Source: a virus. Taken from it: a DNA stretch of 64,000 bases. Position numbers and translations under genes: made by a program. Shown here one piece after another: positions 39,752 through 49,277 of this stretch (the first letter of the stretch is position 1; each line of letters opens with the position of its first letter). The DNA lies in the IMG/VR virus record IMGVR_UViG_3300046464_000709, positions 1-64,000 of that record; one strand, given 5' to 3'. The notes under the pieces were generated by a model that searched no databases, was not told the origin of the DNA, and saw only the letters and a program-made list of their open reading frames with translations.

Positions 39752-41350
39752 TTAGTATGAAATTTTAACAGATTCTTTAAAAGTTTTTGCGAATCTATCT
39801 TTAAGGGAAACTTGGTCAGAAGAGCTTTCGTTGTTATTAACAACAGCAGCCTCTTCAACTTCGAGAGAGTCAAGAGCTTCAGAAACTTCGTCTGAACTTT
39901 CTTCTTGAGCTTCTGATGCTTGAGAAACCTCAACTTGTGTTTCTTCTTTTGTTGCGGCTTCGACTGTTTCGAGTCGTTTTGCAACTTCTGAAGCTACTCG
40001 ATCTTCAAATGCTTTTTGTTCAGCAGCGATGAAATCTTTATTTTTATGTTTCCAAACCTTGGCTAGTTTTTCTTGGTATCCAGCGAAACTCTCTTCAGTT
40101 TCGTCGAGACTAGAAAGCTCAGACGCCACAATTTTGGAATCTTCTTCATCAAGCTCATAAACTTCATTCAAGAGCTCCATGCGTGAATTAAATCTAACCT
40201 CAGCTTCGCGAGCTGCATTTTCTTCTTCAAGAGAAGTCAACTTTTCTTTTGTTGACTGTAGCTGTTGTTCAACTTCGCCCATTTTCTCTTGAAGAGAATT
40301 TTGAGCCAGAACAGCTTCTTCTTTTTCAGCTTTAGCTTTTTCGAGATCGGCGACATATTGTTCACCTTTCTCTCGGATAGCTTCGATAAAAACTTTGGAG
40401 ATGCTTGCGACACTCTCTTCAGAAAAATCTTGGCTGCCAAGCTTTTCGTCTAAAGCTGCTCGGAATTCATTTATAATTTGATCTTTATCCATAATAGTAT
40501 TATTAGGTTCTTTGTTTAGTACATTTTCTTTGGGTGAATGGGAAGTTTTTTTACTTCTTGTAATTAATTGGTCGATCGGCTTATTACTGCTTGACACTTC
40601 AGGCGTGGATTTTCCTTGGTCTGCGATAAGACCTTTTACATCTGCAGCAGGGTTAGAAGTAAAGCCTATACCTAAGGGGTAAATTTCTCCTACGATAAGT
40701 CGGTTAACTTTTCTTCCGTCTTTTAAAAGCCCTTTTCCTCCTAAAGATTTTAAATAAGGAGAATAAGCCTCGACTTCTTGAGGGTCGGAGATAATTGTCG
40801 AATCGCACAAATCATCACCTCCTACAGAAATAACGTAATCATTAAAACCTACCTCCCAGCTAGCAGAAACAGTTGAGTAGTAATCGCTGTCTTCATCAGT
40901 AGAACTTAAAACAAGGTCGGAAAACTCCTTGCTTGCTGTTTTATAAACTACAGCTGCGAGCGCAATATTGTAAGCATTCTCTTCAATTAAAGCTTCATCG
41001 TCACTCATCAAAGAGGAGGAATCATCATACTTTGAAAAGCCTGCGGAAACAATATGGCCAACAATCTTATCTCGATCATGTTCTATATTCGTAGGCTTAT
41101 GAATAAAAAAATCTTTAATTTTTACCGCCGCTTCACTATCTATACCATCTCCATTTTTATTAAATTTATTTACCACTGCAGCATTAAAAGCAACTCCAAG
41201 AAGGTCAATATTTTTTTCCAAGTTTATATCTTGAGGAATTAAAGGTCTAAGAGATTCCAATGAAGCTTTACTAATTGAGGACTTCTCTATGTCGCTTGAA
41301 GCGAAAACTACATTATCAAAAGTTGCGGTGTATTTATATTTTTTAGACAT
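39752..41350 (-). CDS. Prohead protease fused to scaffold
   Basis: NKNGDG, KPTNIEH..IVGH, SASWEV, GIGFTSNPAA, then acidic coiled coil; ATG 41350 is 12 nt after GTGTA. Confidence 0.75.
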   Translation of the reverse strand: MSKKYKYTATFDNVVFASSDIEKSSISKASLESLRPLIPQDINLEKNIDLLGVAFNAAVVNKFNKNGDGIDSEAAVKIKDFFIHKPTNIEHDRDKIVGHIVSAGFSKYDDSSSLMSDDEALIEENAYNIALAAVVYKTASKEFSDLVLSSTDEDSDYYSTVSASWEVGFNDYVISVGGDDLCDSTIISDPQEVEAYSPYLKSLGGKGLLKDGRKVNRLIVGEIYPLGIGFTSNPAADVKGLIADQGKSTPEVSSSNKPIDQLITRSKKTSHSPKENVLNKEPNNTIMDKDQIINEFRAALDEKLGSQDFSEESVASISKVFIEAIREKGEQYVADLEKAKAEKEEAVLAQNSLQEKMGEVEQQLQSTKEKLTSLEEENAAREAEVRFNSRMELLNEVYELDEEDSKIVASELSSLDETEESFAGYQEKLAKVWKHKNKDFIAAEQKAFEDRVASEVAKRLETVEAATKEETQVEVSQASEAQEESSDEVSEALDSLEVEEAAVVNNNESSSDQVSLKDRFAKTFKESVKISY

Positions 41351-41367
41351 ATACAAAAATCTTACAC

Positions 41368-43239
41368 TTAGTTTATAAACATGGGAGTAAAAGTATAATT
41401 CACGTTATTAACTTTAGAGTTCATTATATCATAGTAAAGTTTAATCATCCAATTGCCAAGTATTAATGCAGAATAACTATCTTTTCTCGCTTTTTCTGGG
41501 CCGGTTTGACGCTTTAAACTAGGAGGAAGATCAAATGTTTGAGTTCCTCCTGCAGAAGTAGATATCTGAATTAAAGAACATTGAGTTTTAATAAGATTCA
41601 TCATATCAAATTGATGCTCAACAAAGTCAATCATTTTCGCTGCATTTGTTTGGCGCTCTAAACTTTGAGATGTTCTTAAAAATTTTAAATCCTGAATTGG
41701 TATTTTTTTATTTCTTTGTTCGTTATAAGCATCATCAATTGCTCTTGCCCCAAAGAATATCCGATGATGATCAAAGTTGGCCTGAAGCAACTCGTTCGCC
41801 AACCTAATCCACTGACTAGTAGGTTTGCGCAAATAACAAATCGTTTTATCTTCTAAATTATATTCTTTTTTCCCTTCTATTATTTTTTCTTGATAATGTT
41901 CTAAGTCATCAAAGTTAGTATTTAAACATTTTATATTCATTTTATTTTTCTTGAACAAACTACTTTCATTACAAGCATTAATAAACTGCACTCCTCCATT
42001 ATAATCTCCAACAATAGATACAATATTAAAATGAGTAAGTAAATAATAAAAATAAAAAATATGTTGTTTTAAATTTGTGCCGCTTAAAGCGTAGCTATGC
42101 ACGACAGTCCCAATCTTCTTGTCGTCGTTAAGCTTGAGCACCATCATAGCAAAGTCATCACTACTTTCACTTTCTGCCCAACTCGGATCAAATGCCAAAA
42201 TATATTTTTGCCCAACCTCCCCGCGCACTTCAATAGTTGGAGTCTCTCCATCTTTCAAAGTGCACGAAGCCATCTTGGAGGTCTTAAAATATCCGCTGCT
42301 ATCGTCAGTAAAAATTGAACCAAACTCTCTGTCGAACTGGCTCTGACTCATTGTAGACTTCGCCTGATCCAAAAGATTTTGGTCGTACAACTGCTTTGGG
42401 GCGCAGTCATAACTAAACTGCATGATAACCCTGTGCGCATCACTTTGTTTTGAGCTGCCTTGGCGAATCAAATCTTCAAATTGCTCGTAAGCTTTGTACA
42501 TGTACTCAAACTTATAACTTGCTGAAGAAAGAGCTATTAGCTTATTGTTGCGCCAAACGTGCCGCTCGTCTTCGTTCATCTTTCCTTGCTCAATTAAATT
42601 CGTCTCAAGGTTAAATAAAGCCTCCCTTTGAGTCGGGTTTTCGACCACACTCAAGAACGGTATTATAACCTCATTATAAATACGCTCGGGCATAAGGGCA
42701 AACTCGTCTATAATAATTCTATGAAAACGAAATCCTCGAAGCTTCTCTCCATCTCCAAGAGGTAGAGCTCGGATCCTACTGCTACCGATCTCAAGTAGCC
42801 ATTCATCGTTGCTTTTTGATTTATGCGTTATGCATTGAGCTAGATATGTTGCCCCAGGCTTCGAGGCAATATCTTCAATTTTTTTGAATATCATCTTGGC
42901 TTGCCGGAAGGATTTTGAGAGTATCCCTATCTCGACTCCTTGATTCATTATAGCGTCTAAATATGCATATATGGCAGTAGTGAATGACTTACTCATTCCT
43001 CGAGACCATACCCCCATGAAATAATCTGTTTCAAACATAGCCTTTATCGCCATATGCTGAAAAGGAAAAAGCTGAACTCCGCTAACTAAATCTGCAGTAA
43101 ATGTGATATTCTCCCTCAAGAACTTGTATAGTAAAATCTTAGCTTCTTTTTCTTCTATAAACCCTTTCATTTCTTCAAGTTGTTCATTGAAGTTTTTTTC
43201 TTCAGCCCTAGATAATTGATTTCCTGTTTCCCAAGTCAT
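41368..43239 (-). CDS. terL: Terminase large subunit
   Basis: LFPFQ, SRGMSKS (Walker A-like), LRGFR..IIIDE, LSSA, nuclease LAFDP..SDD..KDSYSA. Confidence 0.88.
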   Translation of the reverse strand: MTWETGNQLSRAEEKNFNEQLEEMKGFIEEKEAKILLYKFLRENITFTADLVSGVQLFPFQHMAIKAMFETDYFMGVWSRGMSKSFTTAIYAYLDAIMNQGVEIGILSKSFRQAKMIFKKIEDIASKPGATYLAQCITHKSKSNDEWLLEIGSSRIRALPLGDGEKLRGFRFHRIIIDEFALMPERIYNEVIIPFLSVVENPTQREALFNLETNLIEQGKMNEDERHVWRNNKLIALSSASYKFEYMYKAYEQFEDLIRQGSSKQSDAHRVIMQFSYDCAPKQLYDQNLLDQAKSTMSQSQFDREFGSIFTDDSSGYFKTSKMASCTLKDGETPTIEVRGEVGQKYILAFDPSWAESESSDDFAMMVLKLNDDKKIGTVVHSYALSGTNLKQHIFYFYYLLTHFNIVSIVGDYNGGVQFINACNESSLFKKNKMNIKCLNTNFDDLEHYQEKIIEGKKEYNLEDKTICYLRKPTSQWIRLANELLQANFDHHRIFFGARAIDDAYNEQRNKKIPIQDLKFLRTSQSLERQTNAAKMIDFVEHQFDMMNLIKTQCSLIQISTSAGGTQTFDLPPSLKRQTGPEKARKDSYSALILGNWMIKLYYDIMNSKVNNVNYTFTPMFIN

Positions 43240-44162
43240 TATATTAGTTTTCGATCAAGATAGTACTGAAGGTCTACGTCCCAAAGCTGTTTTCCTAAAG
43301 TCAATATTTTTGGAATTAAATGTTCAGACTCCTCCCTGCTTCCCGTAAAAATGAACTGGCAGCTACCTTTGAATTTATGCGCTAGAGTACGCATGTTATG
43401 ATAAATATACTTCATGTTTGACATGTGTGGGGCCCATCGATTATTTTTTTCTATGCTGTTTATGCTTCCTTCAGTTACCACGAACAAATAACTATCAAAG
43501 TCTTTCGTTCGTTGAAGTTCGTACTCGAATCTATTTAAATTATTTTTGCTCAATGTGGATTTAAAATCTTGCTCGCTTTTTCTATCCGCGTAAGTATAAT
43601 CATAATGTTCTTTGCCTACAGCATAATCTCCAAAATCTAGCTTAAGAAACTCTGAATTAGGAAACTCTAAAGGCTGCTGCTCTCTTGTGTCTATAAAAAT
43701 TTTAACCGAATCATCAACCTTTCTTCCCCATTCTTTTGGCAATCGAGACCCAAACATTGGAAGAACCCCTGCGGCCTTACAAGCTTCGGTATAAGAGCCG
43801 AAATGTTTTTGATATAGTTCTATGGTAGGCATTTCATTTACCTCTAGCTCTATATGGGAAGGTCCGAACTTTAAGTTTTTATCTTCAACCCTATGCTTGA
43901 GCATTTTTAATATATATTCCCTAACAGTTTCATCTGATTGCGCGTTGCACCATTTTAATAACTGATCCCTGTTTGAAAAATCTCGCCCGAAGTATTGTTC
44001 TTTATTTTTAAATGGCAATAAATCTCCTGTATATAGATTATGACGCGGATAGTATTTTATGTAATATTCTGCGAGAGTAACCTTGTGAGACCTCAAGTGC
44101 ATATGAAGTTTTTTTTCGCTTTCAAATTCCAGCGAACATATCTTACAAACATTAAATGACAT
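43239..44162 (-). CDS. ERCC4-type nuclease with N-terminal C2H2 zinc finger
   Basis: CKIC..HLRSH; IDTREQQP, GDY, DRKS..DF, VVTEG. Confidence 0.75.
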   Translation of the reverse strand: MSFNVCKICSLEFESEKKLHMHLRSHKVTLAEYYIKYYPRHNLYTGDLLPFKNKEQYFGRDFSNRDQLLKWCNAQSDETVREYILKMLKHRVEDKNLKFGPSHIELEVNEMPTIELYQKHFGSYTEACKAAGVLPMFGSRLPKEWGRKVDDSVKIFIDTREQQPLEFPNSEFLKLDFGDYAVGKEHYDYTYADRKSEQDFKSTLSKNNLNRFEYELQRTKDFDSYLFVVTEGSINSIEKNNRWAPHMSNMKYIYHNMRTLAHKFKGSCQFIFTGSREESEHLIPKILTLGKQLWDVDLQYYLDRKLI

Positions 44163-45204
44163 CTTCTTTAGAAATGCCCAAAACCCTAGCTTTCCAGTCA
44201 GGCATCGATTCGAGTCTTCCAGCTTCTTCTTTTGCCGCCTCTCTTTGCAATCTCGCGATTTTTATCATAACCTCTCGCTCTTCCTCTTCCTGAAATAGTT
44301 GGACAAGCGACAACAAACTTGCATTTTGCTGGTGCTTGCTGGATATTCTTTTTGATCGGTCTCCCTGAAGTTTTTGAATCAATGACTCCATTCTTTTTTC
44401 GCACTGATTGTATTCTTCGCTTTTAGTTTTAAGCAATTCTGCTAATCTTACAGTTAAATCCTGTTGGTCTTCCGCTTCATCGAACATTCTATTTAACTTA
44501 TTAATTGCGCTTTGAATGTTTTTCAAATGAATGTAATCCATACACACGTTGATGTATAAATTAATCTCGTCACTTGTTAAGTCAGGCTTATCCCAGGTAG
44601 CCCTAACAAACTCTGCCTCAAATAAGTCTCTATCCGCCTGACTATCGTAAGTGTTGATTACCTGAATAAATCTAGGTGACGCTAAAAAGCCTCCCAAGGA
44701 TTCGATGCCCTTTCTCTCGGACATGGTGAGCTTTTCTTCGTTTATACTTGTTTGGGCATAGTCATTTATCTTTTTTATTATTTTACTAGAAGCCTTTGGA
44801 GGGGAGTATCTTTTATTTATTGCATCCTCAGATGCGGGAGTCTTTATTTCATCATTTTTATCAACGTATTCAAATACAGCTTGATATTCTTTTGAAGTAT
44901 GCGTTACTCGGATTTCCGGGAAAAGCACTGCTGCTGCTTGAGCGCAGGTCATACCATCTGAGACAGATTGGTCTACAAAGTCTTTTTGCTCCTGGGTTAA
45001 TATAATATCATCCTTCGGGTAGATGTGTTTTGTTTCATACTCTATCTCGTTATTCAATAAAAATTTCCTAACGGCCCTACCCTGTTTACTTCTTCCGTCA
45101 ACTTTATCAGAGTCGGGAAAAGCTAACTTGGTTAATTCGGTTAAATCAGAGACTTCATTTGCGTTAGACCTGATAACGTTTTTCTGTTCGTCGTTTAGCT
45201 CCAT
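44152..45204 (-). CDS. Hypothetical coiled-coil protein (possible terminase small subunit)
   Basis: 350 aa, upstream of terL; function by position only. Confidence 0.5.
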   Translation of the reverse strand: MELNDEQKNVIRSNANEVSDLTELTKLAFPDSDKVDGRSKQGRAVRKFLLNNEIEYETKHIYPKDDIILTQEQKDFVDQSVSDGMTCAQAAAVLFPEIRVTHTSKEYQAVFEYVDKNDEIKTPASEDAINKRYSPPKASSKIIKKINDYAQTSINEEKLTMSERKGIESLGGFLASPRFIQVINTYDSQADRDLFEAEFVRATWDKPDLTSDEINLYINVCMDYIHLKNIQSAINKLNRMFDEAEDQQDLTVRLAELLKTKSEEYNQCEKRMESLIQKLQGDRSKRISSKHQQNASLLSLVQLFQEEEEREVMIKIARLQREAAKEEAGRLESMPDWKARVLGISKEDVI

Positions 45205-45938
45205 GGAGGTACAGCCCTAACGGCGATAATGTCTTCTCTTTTCAAAATGTCTTGAGCTTTTTCTTTAAAAATTTTCTTTAAATTTTTTATCTGCTTATAT
45301 CCAGCTTTTCTTCCTTTTTCACTAGTTTTATACCCCATTTGTTCGGCAACCTCTTCTTCGTCAATATTATCAATAAAAAGCAACTTGTAAACTTGATACT
45401 GCTTGCTAGAAAGCTCTTTTTTCATATGCTTGTTTAATTTCTGCTGAGACTCGATTATATTGAAATTATGATCCTGCATAGCTCCGACCTCGTAAGAATG
45501 ATTCTCAAGAGCGAGCGCCATTTTTATTCCGTAAGCAGGCTTTTTTGTTCTTTCCCATTTTGCATAAAGAGGGCAAGAGGAGTCCTGTAATCCGCTTTTT
45601 GTAAAACCACATAAAGAAGCTTCTCCTCCGTCCTTTGTGGCGCATGATTGATTAAAAGGGCAGTTTAAACATGGTCTGACAAAGTTGCTGTAATTATTTC
45701 GCAATATATTTTTCATTTGATTGGTAATAATCTTATTGATCCAAGGCTTCAATGATCTAGATTGGTCCCATTGATGCCATTTTTTGTGAATGTGAGCCTT
45801 TATAATTTGCTCAACATCTTCAAAGTCAAACCAAGCGAGAGAATCAAGGAACCATTTACCCTTTCTTTTTCTTACTTCTAAGTCGATTTCGTCCGACTTG
45901 TCCTCGTATTTAAATTCAGGCTTTTTTTGGTCGTCCAC
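45195..45938 (-). CDS. ECF-like RNA polymerase sigma factor with Cys-rich insert
   Basis: Region 2 DFEDVEQ..WDQSRSLKPWINKIITNQMKNILR; region 4 LSSKQYQVYKLLFIDNIDEEEVAEQMG; probable GTG start 45938. Confidence 0.75.
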   Translation of the reverse strand: MDDQKKPEFKYEDKSDEIDLEVRKRKGKWFLDSLAWFDFEDVEQIIKAHIHKKWHQWDQSRSLKPWINKIITNQMKNILRNNYSNFVRPCLNCPFNQSCATKDGGEASLCGFTKSGLQDSSCPLYAKWERTKKPAYGIKMALALENHSYEVGAMQDHNFNIIESQQKLNKHMKKELSSKQYQVYKLLFIDNIDEEEVAEQMGYKTSEKGRKAGYKQIKNLKKIFKEKAQDILKREDIIAVRAVPPWS

Positions 45939-46287
45939 GTTTTTTTGGTTTTTTTGGAGCAACTTTTTCTGGGTCTAGATCTTCAAGTGGAATTAGATCT
46001 TTTAGGTTAAATTTATTTTTATCCTGTTCTACGCTGTACGATAGTTTAGATATTGACGGAACCTCATATACATCGCTTCCATCTGGGTCATAAGACTCGT
46101 CAAGCAACTCAGGAGATCTTCTAACCCTACGAGCGGGATTGGGCGTGAGAGTTTTTTTTGAAACGCTTGAGGTTGTTTTTGCTGCAGATAATATACTCAA
46201 ACCCTGCCCACAGCCACCACAAAATTTTGGAGCCTGGATAGAGTACATGTTCTTGAAGCCACAGTGAGGACAGTAAGAAAAAGCCAT
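45916..46287 (-). CDS. Zinc-ribbon protein
   Basis: YCPHCG..KFCGGCG; TTGATA-N16-TATAAT upstream. Confidence 0.75.
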   Translation of the reverse strand: MAFSYCPHCGFKNMYSIQAPKFCGGCGQGLSILSAAKTTSSVSKKTLTPNPARRVRRSPELLDESYDPDGSDVYEVPSISKLSYSVEQDKNKFNLKDLIPLEDLDPEKVAPKKPKKRGRPKKA

Positions 46288-46314
46288 AATAATATATTAT
46301 AGCTTAAAAAAAAA

Positions 46315-46905
46315 TTATATCAAATAACCGCTTATTATTCTACTTTGCTTTCTCGAGAACTCTTCTGCTTCCTCGCTCCACTTTCTGTTTTCTTTTACAT
46401 ACTCAAAGCAAAGAACTCCCAAGATTTTTCCGTTTAAAGTTTTTACTGGCCGCGCAAAAAAACTTTTCACGCCTTTTTGCTCCAGAAAAGACTTGAATCC
46501 GATATCATCATTGTACTCTTCTAGATTAGGACACTTGAATGTTTTTTCCTGAGATACTGAATGCGTAAGTCCGTGAAAATTAGAAGTTCTTATATTTTGA
46601 AGGGTCTGACATTCGGAACTTATTCCTTCGCTAACGACCTCATAAGTGCAACTTAATTTTTGCTGACTTCTTCCGGAAAAATAATGCTCTCCATTATGAA
46701 ACTCTAAAATATATACTCTATCTGCATCAGCTTCATCGAGAACATAATTTAAGGCAGAAATTACATTGCTATGGCAATTAGGGTCGTAAACAAATTGTTT
46801 ACTTTTCTTTTCATCATATTTTATTTTCAACCACATACCGATAACCGCAGTTGCGGCAGAAACTACACCAGTAAGCACGCTTAATATATCTAGACCATTA
46901 TTCAT
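46315..46905 (-). CDS. Single-TM protein with GAF-like domain (T4 T-holin-like architecture)
   Basis: N-terminal TM; ADRVYILEFHNG..CTYE..FLEQKGVKSFFARPV..ILGVLCFEY. Confidence 0.6.
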   Translation of the reverse strand: MNNGLDILSVLTGVVSAATAVIGMWLKIKYDEKKSKQFVYDPNCHSNVISALNYVLDEADADRVYILEFHNGEHYFSGRSQQKLSCTYEVVSEGISSECQTLQNIRTSNFHGLTHSVSQEKTFKCPNLEEYNDDIGFKSFLEQKGVKSFFARPVKTLNGKILGVLCFEYVKENRKWSEEAEEFSRKQSRIISGYLI

Positions 46906-47129
46906 TTTTTAAAAATTAAAGAAAAGAGCGAAATAAAAAAAACTAAACCTATTACCATTCCAAACCATATCCACGGCCCAGTATGATCATAATTCTGAGG
47001 ATCGCTCACTATAGATAGTACATTCGATTCGTCGCCAGGAGAATCTAATTTAGCAATTTCTTTTGGTTTCTGTATGATTTTTCTCGAACAAGAGAAGAAA
47101 AATAAAATTATCAGCCAGCAACCCCTCAT
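46902..47129 (-). CDS. Lipoprotein with C-terminal TM (candidate unimolecular spanin)
   Basis: MRGCWLIILFFFSC lipobox-like; C-terminal WIWFGMVIGLVFFISLFSLIFKK. Confidence 0.5.
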   Translation of the reverse strand: MRGCWLIILFFFSCSRKIIQKPKEIAKLDSPGDESNVLSIVSDPQNYDHTGPWIWFGMVIGLVFFISLFSLIFKK

Positions 47130-47560
47130 CGACGCTTACTGGGAATCGCATAAAATCCAACAACCATGAAACACAAATCCATAAACGATGCAAGCATCAA
47201 GCCTCCTGTCATTTGAACTACTTCCCAGTCTTTTGCTCCGAATATCCAACTAAAAAACCCCCACTTTGTGCCTTCCCCTTTAGGGACAATTAAATTGTAT
47301 GTAATATGAGGATTCATTGCATAATAAATCATCAAGAAACACATGGTAAACGTGATACTCATAAAAAGTATTCTTCGGCTAACCTTCACAAAAGGATCTT
47401 TAGCATTTTCCGACTGACTAGAAATTAAAGCTTCTAGCATTTTTTCGTCTCGCGCGGCTAAAGCTAGCTGATCTTGCCTCTTTTGCTCTAGCCATGCGTT
47501 TATTAGATTGCAGGCCAATTTTATTCCCGCTCCTATAATAGTATTCAATATTGGGCCCAT
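47126..47560 (-). CDS. Membrane protein (holin-like)
   Basis: N-terminal amphipathic helix and two TM segments ending VVGFY..KRR; GTGTA 9 nt upstream. Confidence 0.55.
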   Translation of the reverse strand: MGPILNTIIGAGIKLACNLINAWLEQKRQDQLALAARDEKMLEALISSQSENAKDPFVKVSRRILFMSITFTMCFLMIYYAMNPHITYNLIVPKGEGTKWGFFSWIFGAKDWEVVQMTGGLMLASFMDLCFMVVGFYAIPSKRR

Positions 47561-47618
47561 ATAAATATATACACAAAAATAATTTTACAAAAAAATAAAT
47601 ATGTGTAATATATAGTAT

Positions 47619-47816
47619 ATGTCACAAAAATCTATCCTGGAAATGCTTAGTAAAAATTTAAACTCATACCAGTCTACATGTTGGTTAAAAACTGAAAATG
47701 CAAAATTAAATGGATCCACTCCTGCAGAATTGATGATGGAAAATCAAACAGACAAAGTATCAAGAATATTGCCAGAAGAAATAAAAAGAATAAAAAGTAA
47801 AAAAAATACTAATTAG
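47619..47816 (+). CDS. Orphan Xre/MbcA/ParS (DUF2384) antitoxin C-terminal domain
   Basis: WLKTENAKLNGSTPAELM..DKVSRIL matches WL..pn..L.G.tP.dll..V..L; GTGTA 11 nt upstream. Confidence 0.7.
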   Translation: MSQKSILEMLSKNLNSYQSTCWLKTENAKLNGSTPAELMMENQTDKVSRILPEEIKRIKSKKNTN

Positions 47817-48424
47817 AAGGCCCAGGCGTACACCCAAAACTCTTGACTCTGCGCATCAGAAATAGGACAACGGAATAGAGCGTGATTGTCTTCGCTCAAA
47901 AAATGGGATTCATTTGACCTAGGAATTTTATTTGCCACATCAATATCATCATATTTAAATACATTCATTATGGGGTATTGCATATTCTCGAACACATAGT
48001 TTTTTTGGTCAGAAGGAAATCTCGACCATCCTCTCTCGTCTAGAAATTCTAAATTTGTTTGGTTCATTGTGAGAATAATGTTTTTGGCCTCTGGCGGAAC
48101 TAATTTTCCATCCTTGGCTATAAAATCAGCGACCCTTACGCTAATATAGGCATAATTATCTATTGCTATCTCATTAGGGTCCAAGGGAAGCTTCAAGCCT
48201 TCGTTCGTCAGCCTTTTCGGCGCAAAAGAAGGCTTTTGGTCAGGAGCAACATAATTCCACTCGTTTAATTCGCCGATATAATAAAAGTTAGCCACATCAA
48301 GCAATAAGTTGAAGCTTATAGTTCTCAATTGAAAATTTTCCTTTTGGATCAAAAATAAATCCTCCTCTGGAGAAAATTCACTTGGATTTAAGTCAGGCAA
48401 GGTCGATAGACTTTTACTTCTCAT
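47813..48424 (-). CDS. Putative fibre/virion protein (paralogue 3)
   Basis: Shared N-terminus KSLSTLP..F.P..D.FLIQK and VPPEAKNIIL. Confidence 0.55.
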   Translation of the reverse strand: MRSKSLSTLPDLNPSEFSPEEDLFLIQKENFQLRTISFNLLLDVANFYYIGELNEWNYVAPDQKPSFAPKRLTNEGLKLPLDPNEIAIDNYAYISVRVADFIAKDGKLVPPEAKNIILTMNQTNLEFLDERGWSRFPSDQKNYVFENMQYPIMNVFKYDDIDVANKIPRSNESHFLSEDNHALFRCPISDAQSQEFWVYAWAF

Positions 48425-48430
48425 GTCAAA

Positions 48431-49276
48431 TCACCCAAAATTAGAGTAAGCTATAACCTGAAAAGAATATATTTTACCAATATTATTGGAGGGAAAAGGA
48501 GAAAGTGAGACCGAGGTATTATCAATAGAATCTAGATTCGAGCTTTCGGGCCCTGTTGGGGTAAGACCTGTCAGTGTTAACGGGCCGACCTCTTTATGTC
48601 TATTTGGGTCTCGAGAAAAAAGATCGTTCATCGCAAAAGTTGCAGCAGGCGAAACGTTGGAGGTTGAATTTCCGAAAACCTGGTTCTCGTAAGGCAGATC
48701 TACGTCAGCCATGCTCGACCAAGGCCCTGTATTAAGATTACCTGGAATATTGTGTGAGTTATACTGCCATATGGTAGTCTCTTTTGTTGTAGGAATATTT
48801 TGAATATTTTCCATTGGAAAAATTGAAACATGCTTTTCGCCTCCAGGAATATCAAGAGAAAACTCGAACGATTGCCTCCATTTTATTTGAATTCTTACAT
48901 TCTCTGCAATTAACTTTATGAGGACCCTTCTAACCCCAGCAGGAACCCCAGATTGAAGGTCTGCAATTTTTACATTAAAACTTCCTTGACTATTTATTTC
49001 TAACGGATCGCTTAACGACATAGTTTCTGGTTGCCCGACGCTTGTAAGATACTTATCGCTTAAAGAAATCTTTGAAATCGGGCTTTCGATCACATTATTT
49101 TTTTCAAGAAACTTCCAGGATGTTTTTTCGCTAGGGCGCGCCCGAGTATTTAGAATAGACTGTATATCAAACAAAGTCGTGTAAAAAGTTTTTCCGTTTT
49201 GCTCGACCAGTATTTTATCATTAACTGGGTCAAAGTCTGAAGAGCTTAAAATTTCCGGTAAAGAGTCTATTTTCAT
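48431..49276 (-). CDS. Putative fibre/virion protein (paralogue 2)
   Basis: MKIDSLP..DFDPVNDKILVEQ and VPAGVRRVLI. Confidence 0.55.
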   Translation of the reverse strand: MKIDSLPEILSSSDFDPVNDKILVEQNGKTFYTTLFDIQSILNTRARPSEKTSWKFLEKNNVIESPISKISLSDKYLTSVGQPETMSLSDPLEINSQGSFNVKIADLQSGVPAGVRRVLIKLIAENVRIQIKWRQSFEFSLDIPGGEKHVSIFPMENIQNIPTTKETTIWQYNSHNIPGNLNTGPWSSMADVDLPYENQVFGNSTSNVSPAATFAMNDLFSRDPNRHKEVGPLTLTGLTPTGPESSNLDSIDNTSVSLSPFPSNNIGKIYSFQVIAYSNFG

Positions 49277-49277
49277 A

